In this document: piece after piece, positions 37,101 to 49,100 of the stretch | Layout: each line of letters begins with the position of its first letter | Numbering within the stretch: the stretch's first letter is position 1 | Source: Macrostomum hystrix | Taxonomy: Eukaryota; Animalia; Platyhelminthes | Assembly: GCA_950097015.1 (NCBI GenBank) | Contig: CATNEN010000039.1 | Coordinates: forward strand, 5,332,001 to 5,396,000 | DNA: 64,000 nt | Direction of reading: 5' to 3' | Program-made: the position numbers and the translations under genes | Notes under the pieces: model-generated | Databases searched by the model: none | The model's input: only the letters and a program-made list of their open reading frames with translations | What the model was told of the DNA's origin: nothing

Positions 37101-40100
37101 CACCTCGCAGACTGGTACAGCTGGCTGGAAAAGTAGCTCGACGGCTGACGTCATCTAGATAGAAATTTTGAAGACAAAATTCATAAATCGGATCAACTTT
37201 TTGACCAATCAAATGTTCGCACAGGCTTCTCCACCTCCGCGGGTGCAAGCATTTAGAAGTCCCTGCTTCTCCACCTCTGCGGGTGCTAGCATTTAGAAGC
37301 CCCTGATTCTCCACCTCTGCGGGTGCTAGCATTTAGAAGTCCCTGCTTCTCCACCTCTGTGCGTGCTAGCATTTAGAAGTCCCTGCTTCTCCACCTCTGC
37401 GGGTGCTAGCATTTAGAAGTCCCTGCTTCTCCACCTCCGCGGGTGCTAGCATTTAGAAGTCCCTGCTTCTCCACCTCTGCGGGTGCTAGCATTTAGAAGT
37501 CCCTGCTTCTCCACCTCCGCGGGTGCTAGCATTTAGAAGTCCCTGCTTCCAACACTGGCAAACATTGGCTTGAGAATAATGCATGTTAGCCAGATAAAGC
37601 CTTGCACCTGCAGCTGATTGACTAATTCATTTTCAGGTCCAGTGTAATTCTTGTACTCAAAATAACACAGTATTGCTCAGATCCCAGATCTAGATTTGAC
37701 TGGATTTTCTTCTGGGATATTGCCATCGAAATGCTCAGGCTCATTAATCAATGCCCGAATCCCCGAAGGCCCGCCGCTGCCGTTCTGTTCCCCATAATTA
37801 TGCGGCCTGGCTGCACTGGGCCCTGGCTGTTTGCCGTTTCCCGACTTTACAGATTTCCCTACTTTGTTTCCCAGCCTTTTCTCTTTCCCTCTTTCCCAAT
37901 CCCACTTCCCACTCTACCCTTCCCTACCCCATTCTATCCCTTCCTACCCCATTCTACCCCTTCCTACCCCATTCTACCCCTTCCTACCCCATTCTACCCT
38001 TTCCTACCCCATTCTACCATTTCTCCCCCCATTCTACTTCTTTCTACCCCGTTCCACCATTCCTACCCCAATCTACGCTTTCTATCCCCATTCTACCCTT
38101 TCTCACCCCATTCTACCCTTTCATCCCCCATTCTACCCCTTCCTACCCCATTCTACCCCTTCATACCCCATTCTACCCTTTCTCACCCCATTCTACTTCT
38201 TCCTACCTTATTCCACCATTCCTACCCCAATCTACCCTTTCATCCCCCAATCTACCCTTTCATCCCCCATTCTACCCTTTCCTACCCCATTCTACCCTTT
38301 CATCCCCCATTCTACCCTTTCCTACCCCATTCTACCCTTTCATCCCCCATTCTACCCTTTCATCCCCCATTCTACCCTTTCCTACCCCATTCTACCCTTT
38401 CATCCCCCATTCTACCCTTTCTCCCCCCATTCTACCATTTCTCCCCCCATTCTACTTCTTTCTACCCCGTTCCACCATTCCTACCCCAATCTACGCTTTC
38501 TCTCCCCATTCTACCCTTTCTCCCCCCATTCTACCACATCGTTCCCTATTCTACCCTTTCTACACCTATTCTACCCCATTCTACCCTTTCTTCCTTTTCC
38601 CTAATTCCTCTCTTTCCTTTTCTTCTCTCTCTAGCTTTCCTCCGCTTTCCTCTCCTGCTGTCTTCCACCGTACACTTTCTCCCAGTAAAACAGCAAAAGT
38701 TCACTGCAGGCAGTCTGCCTATTTCAGGGCAATGCGCTGGGACAAGTGTGTCCCATTTTCTGTCAGCCGTCAAAACCGCGGTCAGAGAATTTCGAGTCTT
38801 TCCAACCTTTGTGACGAATTAAATAATTTATTCATCACTCTAAGTGAATGATTGGCAGTAGACTGCGATTCATAAATTAATAAGCAGGATCCGCAGTTGC
38901 TTCAATGCTGATTGTCAGGTATGCAGACGAAGAATTAGTAAATAATATTCATCAATTTCGATGCCTTCTATGCACAGCTTCGGTCTGATTCTCTTTATTC
39001 GAATAGATTAAATTCTCTTGAAGGAGAGTTACATTTGTGAATAGAATCTGCACTAAGATTGGGAGCCTTTGGGCTTTTAAGAATCCCATCTAAGCTGTTT
39101 AGGAGGCAGAGATGAAGGGAGCGCAGAGATGAAGGGAGAGGCAGAGATGAAGGGAGAGGCAGAGATGAAGGGAGAGGCAGAGATGAAGGGAGAGGCAGAG
39201 ATGAAGGGAGAGGCAGAGATGAAGGGAGAGGCAGAGATGAAGGGAGAGGCAGAGATGAAGGGAGAGGCAGAGATGAAGGGAGAGGTAAGATTCTAATCCC
39301 CAGTGAGTCCAGAGGAGCACATCACACAGGCAGCCAAGCCCAGCTGAAAGCAACGACGTGTCCGCCGAATCCTAGCTAATAGTCTCTCCTAGCAGCAGCA
39401 AGAAACAGCCCCTTGTTTCTTGTCTTCGCGGTTTCTCGAGTTTCTCGAGTTTGAGCACATCGCCCTGAGCAGAGTCGCTGGGGGACTCAAGATGAAGATG
39501 ATGATGCTGGGGTGGGGTGGGGGTAGTTTGGGAAAATTGGAAAAAAGCCTCCTACCCAGCCTCAGTCGCCAGCAAGCGAGTGGACACCGCGGTGCTAAGC
39601 TGCTGAAATCGATGCGGGCAAGCAGGCAAACGAATGGAGTTTGTCAGTGTCAGAAAACTTGTTAAGGCTGAGGTGGGGCTTTGTAAGGGGACAGAATGAG
39701 AATAAGGGAAATATGTTCCCTCCCTTTAGCTCCTCTTCTCCCAATCCGTCTCGCAAATACTTCCCATTTCCCATGCATTCCTATGGCAATTCGCATTCGT
39801 ATTGCACTTGCAAGGAAGAAATAAAATATTGCCCCACTCCCACGTTAACAGACAGCATGAAATCCCTGCATTTCAATCTGCGCTGAAAGCTAACCCGTTG
39901 GGGATTGTGGGATAATGTAACCTCTCTTTCATCCTCTTCTGGTGATCAATTTCTGGTTCATCCAAGACAAAAGTACAAGTACAAATTGATCCCTAGATTC
40001 TCCCATGATCACTAGATTCTCCCATGATCCCTAGATTCTCCCATGATCACTAGATTCTCCCTTGATCCCTAGATTCTCCCATGATCACTAGATTCTCCCT

Positions 40101-43100
40101 TGATCCCTAGATTCTCCCATGATCACTAGATTCTCCCATGATCCCCAATTCTCCCCTGATCACTAGATTCTCCCATGATCCCTAGATTCTCCCATGATCT
40201 CTAGATTCTCCCATGATCACTAGATTCTCCCATGATCCCTGGATGCTCCCATGATCCCTAGATTCTCCCATGATCCCTAGTTCTCACATGATCACTAGAT
40301 TCTCCCATGATCCCTAGTTCTCCCATGATCTCTAGATTCTCCCATGATCTCTAGATTCTTATATGATCTCTAGATTCTCCCATGATCTCTAGATTCTTCC
40401 ATGATCCCTGGATGCTCCCATGATCCCTGGATGCTCCAATGATCTCTAGATTCTACCATGATCACTAGATTCTCCCATGTTCCCTAGTTCTCCCATGTTC
40501 CCTAGTTCTCCCATGATCCCTAGATTCTCCCATGATCTCTAGATTCTCCCATGATCTCTAGATTCTCCCATGATCCCTAGATTCTCCCATAATCTCTAGA
40601 TTCTCCCATGATACCTAGATTCTCCCATGATCCCTAGATCCCAATAGAGAAAGGATTTATTATTCTCCCTTTTAGATCCCCAAATTATCTCTAGATACCT
40701 ATATTCTCCCTTTTGATAGTTGAGCCGGTTCTTACCCAGTCCCAGGGTCTCCACCGGTTCGCGGATTCCTTCGTAGCTGCTGACGCCGCCGCCGCGACCG
40801 CTAGAGGCGGCCACGCGCACATAATAGGTCGTCTTCGGCTGCAGCCCTTCGATGACGTAACGATAGGACTCCTTCTCCGCGACGTTCGGTACAACCCTCT
40901 GCGTCTCTTCGGCTGGCACCGTGGTGCCTGACGGGTCCGTGGCGCGATAGTAGCTTACTAGCCACTGCGAGATGCCCTTGGCCTCCGCCGGTGGCGACCA
41001 CGTGACCTCAATCTTCTGTCCCTGCAGCACTCGTGCCCGCACGTTCACCGGTGGTCCTGGCGCTGCGGAATGTGGAGAGAGAAGCGTTTGTTTAAAAGAA
41101 TTAAAACATTAAAACCATTAGGACAGAATACACCACCTTCACTACTGAGCCATACTCCTCCGCCCGCCTCACTATCCGCCCACCTCACTCCTCTCACCTT
41201 ACTCCGCCCGCCTCACTCCTCCGCCCGCCTCACTCTCCACACGCCTCACTCCTCCGCCCGCCTCACTTCTCCGCCCACCTCACTCTCCACCCGCCTCACT
41301 CCTCCACCCACCTCACTCTCCGCGCGCCTCACTCCTCCACCCACCTCACTCTCCGCGCGCCTCACTCCTCCACCCACCTCACTCTCCGCTCGCCTCACTC
41401 CTCAAGCCACCTTACGAATTTTACCACATAAACTCAGCACAAAAGATTTTACTGTTAGTGACATTTTTCAAACAGAGACAGGATAATTAAAGATAGATTT
41501 TTATATTAAAAGTAAACGATTTACTAAAAGAATCTCTTACAAATAATAGATTCGAAAAAAATAATTATGCTTATTTTTGCCACAAAAACTTTTTTCTGTA
41601 ATCTAAAACTGAAAGTGTTCACAACGATAAGCATTGATAAAGATCACAATTTTATCAAGTTGACAAGTTTATCAAGTCAACATAGAGACATGTAGATTGT
41701 TATTAGTAGATCACATACATTTTAACATAAATGCTTTATTCATTAAAAAGAACAAGAAGGAATGTAAACTATAGGCTAGCTAATGTACACTGCGTACACT
41801 CAAACCGGAGTGGGGTTAGTCTAGCTGGGCTAGCAAATGTACACTGCGTACGCTAAAACCGGAGTGGGGTTGCTCTCGCTGGGCTAGCTAATGTACACTG
41901 CGTACACTCAAACCGGAGTGGGGTTGCTCTTGCTGGGCTAGCTAATGTACACTGCGTACACTAAAACCGGAGTGGGGTTGCTCTCGCTGAGCTAGCCTAG
42001 ATTCTCCCATGTTCCCTAGTTCTCCCATGATCCCTAGATTCTCCCATGATCTCTAGATTCTCCCATGATCTCTAATTTAAGATTTAAGATTTAAGATTTA
42101 AGATCAATGTAGGCGGCAGGAGAAGGATTGCCATTCGCCCTACGCCTATACCGGTGCCTCGATCTTGATCGAGTTAGGGTGGCCTACCCAGTGGTGAGAC
42201 TGGATTAGGCTTAAGACAGACCTGAGTTCAAGGTCCTGAAGCGCACAGGCTCCGAGCGGACACCCGGCCCAAGCGCTGTGCTGGCACTGAGCCAAGCCTC
42301 ATAATCCATGAACGACTTCAAAGGCCCTAATAGTGCACATCCCGAGTCGACGCTGACATTAAAATTGCCGCCAGCACCGTTGCCAGGCAACGGTTGCCAG
42401 GCGACCGTGAAGCCGATGAGGCGGCCGTTCCAGGCGCGCTTAGGCGGCGGTTGCCAACAGAGGCGAGCAGAGCCGCTGGCAATTCGATCGACTTTGACGG
42501 ATCTGGGCGCAGCGCTGGGGGCTGATTCGCACGCAGGTCGGTGTGTTTTATTCTGCTTGCTAATACTGTCCTACTGATTCATGCTACACAATCAGCATCA
42601 ACTGCTGGAATACATTTACTTTTGCATGCCGGGTGCAAACATTTAACAAACGGTGCGCGGTCATAATACTTAAAACATAGTAAAGAAGGCTCGTTTGTTA
42701 CACGATTCGTAGAAATTTTGAGAGATAAATAATTGGTCGATAACAAGGCTTGAGAAAAATCTGAGAACATTTTTTGATTTGATGAAGCGACTCCACGGCC
42801 AAGCTTGTAAAAAATAATACTCAAATTCTAGCCGCGAAAGCAAATTTATTAAACTAGGCTTAATATTTCACTCACTGAACTCGCTGGTCTGGCAGATTAT
42901 CGTCTCCGTTGGAATTCCCTTGCCCTGCTCCGTGCTAGGCGTCAAGGTCAGGTGATAGGAGGTGCCTGGCCTGAGCTTCTTCAGCATGTAGCCGGAGTCA
43001 TTGTCCAGCGGCAGGACCTCCTCTCGAGTTTCGGTGCCGTCTTCGATATAGATGGCTGGCGACTTGTACGACAGGATGTAGGTGATGACCCGGCCGCGGT

Positions 43101-46100
43101 CGCTGCCCACCACAGGGTCCCAAGACAGCTGAATAGAGTCCGGGCCCATTGTGGCGCACTGGAAACCCTTCGGTCGAGAGGCAACTGTTGAAATTGGAAT
43201 TAAAGAATTTCACGATATTTTAACATGCGGTTATTGCAAGCATCGCAATCACTACAACTAGTTAAATTATAAACTTAAACGCCATTGATTGTTTATTAAC
43301 TGCTCGAATTTTACTATCTGTTTTCAAAACTCGGTACACTCGGTTGCGTAAACCCTGGAGAATTCCGTCCCCATGACAACCACCTCACTCCCCACGCACG
43401 GCCATTGGTTGTGTAAAGCTGAAAAACTCCATCTCTCCGACAACCACCTCACTCCAGTCGCACAATCGTTAGGTTGCACAGTTGGAAAACTATATCCTCT
43501 CGGTGCCCACCTCACGCCCTATTACGCAAGTCATCAGAAGTATTGAGCCATTCCCTAACATCATTCTATTCGCAGATACTATTCTAAATTCTGCCAAAGA
43601 AAAGTTGTGCAGGAGTGAAAATCTATATATTGGTTTATTGTAAATCACAAATATTCGCTACCAAATTAATATCGTAATGAGAATTTTAATCTTAGATTCT
43701 ACTAGCACCAGACAGGATTCAATATTTTTAAGTAGTTCTAACTCTAAGAGCATATAAAAACTGCCATTGTAATGAAATTAAGTACATTGCACAATGCGTA
43801 AACTCGCATAGTTTAGTAGAGTTGACTATAAACGCGACATTGTTACTATCAAACGTTGCGTTTTTGAGTAAGCAAAAGCAATATCTACATAATCAACTAG
43901 AAAGCGGATACACGAGAGCTTAATTGAAGCTATCTACGGCAGTTATGCAATGCATGAATGCATGAAATGCTAAATCATACTTGTCATGATTTAGCATCTA
44001 CGAGTAGTTTTGTTTCCTTGCAACAGACAGAGCATAATGAGCAGCAGATAAGACCAATCTGTTTTAAGCGAAGGTTATTCAGTAGCAAATCTATAAAACT
44101 TACTAAATAGTTCTGTACCAGATACTACTACTATGAGTAGAAGCGTAGTATATGTGCACAGACTAAACTATAGAATTAAAAGGCTAGAAGCGAGTTCTGC
44201 AATCGTAAATAATATAACACTCCAAAACAACAAACATTTAAACTAGGCCTAAAAAATTCTAAACTTATTACCTGTGCAAATAAACTAAATTATGCTCATG
44301 AAATTAAATAGCCAACGCTTTCATTTACGACTTGTAAACTAAGTAAAAAGGCTTTTAAGTAAAATGACATGCCACAGAATTGATTGCAGTGCGAGAGCAA
44401 TTCTAAACATGTTAAAAAACAAAGGAAACTTAACGATTTTAATTTATATAGCTAGATGTTTCTATGAGCAAGCCAGTTCAGTGCAATCTATGAGTTAGTA
44501 TAGTTTATGTAAGCGAAATATAACACCGCTAGCTTTTCAAAATGTTATAGCAGAAAGAAGCAATAATTAAACAGCTTCGCTGACATCCGTCGCAGTTCTG
44601 TTGTCTCACCATGCACTAGAAAAAAGTAGCGCAGTCACGGCGATAGGTAGGTAGATAAGGGAGAGTGGATTCGCGCGCAGGTGAGAACGAGCGTTAGCTT
44701 GTTTCTTAATTAAATGCATATTTTGTTAATCGATATTGTGGTTATATAAATAAGCGTTATAGGTTAAATTAAGGTTTTTGCGTTTGTTTTAGGGCTTGCA
44801 TTAAACTCAATGGGCAGCGGGGTTTGATCGTACTGACGATTGCGATTGTTAAAAAGTTTGGTTTAATAAAAAGTTCGCTGCTTTTAATGTGCAAATAATT
44901 ACGTTGCGCAATGTTTGTAATAATATCTCTCGATTTTTTTATCGTATCACGTAACCATTTGAATTTGTTCAAATTATTTTTTTTGTTAGTTGTAAGTAAC
45001 TGATGGAATCATGGTGTTAATACGTCGAATGTGTTGTTTCATTTATTTTTTCATATTTTTGAGTTCTATTTGGTTACATTTTTTATATAAATAAATAAAT
45101 ATATATATAAATAATTAAACTGAAAAAGTGCAACTCGATGAAAATATATTAACGTAATTATGGCAATCATGAAGTGGTTTAAACACAGTCAGGTTCATGT
45201 AGATTGTATGTTTGGTATGTGAATTTTTAGTTTTGTGGTATTACAACTAATATTTCAATAAACCGTATTATACTTTAGGTATGAAGAGATGTGTGTATAT
45301 ATGTAGTGAATATGAAATTCAGGTTCATTTTATCAAGAAAAAAACTTTATATGCATTTACATCGCATGGCACTCGAGAAAGACTTCAAAACTGCATGCAT
45401 GCAAAGTACATAAAAACTGGAAGTGGATGTCATGTACAAGCATGTCTAGAAAGTGTGAAGTAAACATATTTTCTTAAGAAAAAAGTTCCCCAAAGGTTTT
45501 TTACTACATGTATAACATGGGAGGCGGAAAATTCAATTATTTACATTTTCTGGTGAAACGATAAAAACAAACAATGAGGTATGGGACATAAAACTCTTTA
45601 AAAAATAGGTTCTTCCTTAATTTGTCTCAGCAAAAAACTACCTTAAGCAAAATGGTTTTAGGTTATTGTTCTTTTTGTTTATCTGGAGTACATTCTCTGC
45701 TATAGGTTTAAAATATAACCAAAATGCTAATTTTTAAAGAGGGTCTGAAGCGCATTTAGCAATGTCTTCCGATTGCGCCCAATATAGATTTCTAAGTGGA
45801 ATGCTAAGAAATAGCAGCCCATATCCATTCGACTGGTCCACTATTCTGTCTAGTTGTTTGTTTTTTGGAATGGAAGGTAAAAGAGAAATGTTAATAAAAT
45901 TACATCAAGACATTCGAAACACTTAATTTCAATCTCGACAATTCAAATTGAGGAAACATTGTGCTCCCAATGTTTTGCTTTGAACATTGCTGTCTCTGAT
46001 TTACTCACCATCCTTCTGCTCACTGTAGAGAACGCTGCTAAGCGGCGTGTCTGTAATAAAATTAGCGCAGCCCGTGTTCCGCCAAAATTTTTGAACACTT

Positions 46101-49100
46101 TCACACTACTTGAGGTGCTATGTCAGTAGCAAGTAACGCATTTTTAAATTAAATAAGCGAGTATTTTTGTGTTTTGGAAAGCGCGCAGCGCTTGCTGTTG
46201 GGGGATGGTTGAAGAATGAAACACTATTTAAATTTAAATTAAAATGAAACATTATTCGTTTGCTATACAAGCTAAAGTCATTTCTTTAGAATATTATTTT
46301 AAGCGCGCTATAAAAACCATTTTCGATGGCAAACATAATGGGCGGAAGTAGCTGAAACACCGAAGCATCTTTGGCCGCTATGCTCAACTTGGCTGCTCAG
46401 CCTTAAGAAACTAAGCCCGTCTAAATCTGTGTCAAACACGTTCGTGATCGGATCGTTTCTAACAGTTGTGCTCTTTCTTTACATCCACCTAAAACGTCTG
46501 TCTTAAATGTGATGATTGGTTAAATCGTTACAAAAGCTTCAAATAGAACATAGCAGACATGTACATACGTATGTACATCAATACGCACACACGTACATAC
46601 ATATGTATATCAATACGCACACACGTAGATACATATGTACAGTGATACGCGAAAATGTACATGCGTATACACATCGATACGCCCACGAGAACAAACGCAA
46701 GCGATGGATGCAGAACTGGCTCTGTGGCTCAAAAATGCAAAACGAAAAATAATCCATGTTCCATGTTGCTTGAAGTGCGGCGCCTGATTAATTATGCATT
46801 CATGAGTAGTATGAGTAGCACTATCAGTAGTTTTCACGAATTTAGGTCAGTTCTTTTTGCAAAATTCGATCGTCGGTTAGTAATAATACGCTTAGCTGTG
46901 AGAATATTTGCTAATAAATATTTTAAATAAAAAGATTGATCGCAGCCTTTAAAATATCTGTCCTGTTTAAAATTGAAGTAGCAATATAATTAAATCTGAA
47001 AATTCAAAACAGATGCACCTTTCCACGGCAAAACAAAAAATTAAGACAATTTCTGCTGACAAACTCACTTCCAACCACTGTGATGACCGGATAGACATCG
47101 CTGACCGGACCTTCGCCAGCCATATTACTAGCCGTCATGCGAAAGTAGTATGTTGTGTTGTATTCCAAATTTTTTATTGTGTGCATCCTCTGCGTGCCCG
47201 GCACGGTGATTTTCGTGTTGCTGTCGATGTCGGAAATTCGCCTTGTAGTGTAGTAGATTCGGTATTGCTGCCAATGGGAAATGGTAGGGTTGAGATAGGA
47301 GATGTGAGGGTTGAGACTGGATATGGTAGAGCTCAGATTGAAGATTGTATGGTTGAGATTGAAGATGGTAGGGCTGATTGGAGATGGTATGGTTGAGATA
47401 GGAGATGGTAGGGTTGAGATTGGAGACGTTAGGGTTGAGATTGGAGATGGTAGAGTTGAGATTGGGGATGGTAGAGTTTAGATTGGAGATGGTAGAGTTG
47501 AGATATGAGATTACACTGAGGGACTGTCGAATCAAAATGGCTCACCGTGATGATTCCATTCGGGTCGTCGGGCTCTTTCCAAGCGATGTTGACATCGGCG
47601 CGAGACACAGCGACCACCTGAATGTCTTTCGGAGCCTTTCCAGGAACTGTTATTGATAGGAGTGGGGCGTGTTTTCAGTTTTGCGACTTATAATTTAAAT
47701 TAAAGAAACCTTATAAAGAAAAAAATTTTTTTTAAACTAACAAAGCGAGTTTCGATCATTTGCGAAAGTAACAAAAATCCAATAAATTACCAAAACTTAA
47801 ACCAACCTGCAGCGAAAGTCAAAGAAGTTGACGGATGTTGAAGAAATGATCGAAAGTTTGGAAAAATTACTAAAAATAGTTAATGGATCTGGAATAAATT
47901 ACTGGAAGTTAAAAAAACAAATGAACATTTAATATAAATTTAATATTTAACCTAGTTAACATTTAATATAAATTAATATATGAATAAATATTAAGAAAGA
48001 ACGTAAATAAATCAAGTTAATGGTAGTTTTATAAATAAACGTAAGTTAACGAGTTTTTGTTGAATTTGTTGAATTATTTAAAAATAATTCAAAAATAAAA
48101 ATAAAAATAAATAGACTATTGCATAAATGAACGAATGCTTGAGAGAATGTAACGAATATTAAAAATATTAAACTTAAGCCGAAGAAATTAACAGAAGTTA
48201 ACGAGAGTAGCCATAAAGGAAGAAACGTGAATAATTGAATGCATGTTGAGAATATTAATTAAAGTTAAAAGAAGTTTATGTTGGTTACTAAAACTAACCA
48301 ATTTTTCAGAAACAAACAAAAAAGTGACAAGCGTTTTCTATGGTACATTGTTTTAAGAATATTAAATGAATTTTTTAATACGAGTAAGGCGATTAAAAAT
48401 ATAGATGCAAGTCCTAAAGGTTTGATAATTTAATAAATAAGTATATCTTAAGCCAGGTATTTACAGGCCTATTTGCCAAAAAAACCTTTATAAATCGAAT
48501 CAACCGAAATTCGCACTACGAAAAAAAATTATAATTTATTTTTGTCTGTTAAAAACATCCATTTTGTGGTTGGCTCGTATTTTAAGCTGAATTTCCAGTC
48601 TTTACGAGTAAAATAAAACTGAAGCTTGAGAAAAAAATAATATTTTCTGTTTGCAAAAACCTACTATAACCTCGTATTTATGATTCAGTCATATGAAAGG
48701 CGTAGCTATTTTAATATATAAAATATATTTAAAATGATAGTCAGAAGAGAGAGTCAAAAGTAAATGTAGATGCGAGAATTAGATGTGAGTGTCAGATATG
48801 AGAATCAGATATAAGTGCCAGATGTGAGAGTCAGATGTGAGTGTCAGACGTGAGAGTCACCTGTGAGTGTCAGATGTGAGAGTCAGACGTGAGTGTCTGC
48901 AGAGAGTGGTAAGATGTAGCATCAGAGGGTAGAACGAGTTAATTGTTGTATGAATGAGACAAACCGAAAAAAGAGGAATTTGGCTATTATTCGATTTTTT
49001 TTATTTTCGAGTTCTACAAAGTGCATGCATAATTTGTCTGCGATTTTTTAAATTAACTTTTGAATTCGAGTTAGCTACTTAAAGAATTGTGTAATTTGAT

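Noticed and set aside
43967-43997. 12-bp perfect hairpin (atgctaaatcat..atgatttagcat) as a Helitron end or terminator
   Set aside because: No CTRR terminus at the expected spacing and no second full copy in the window.
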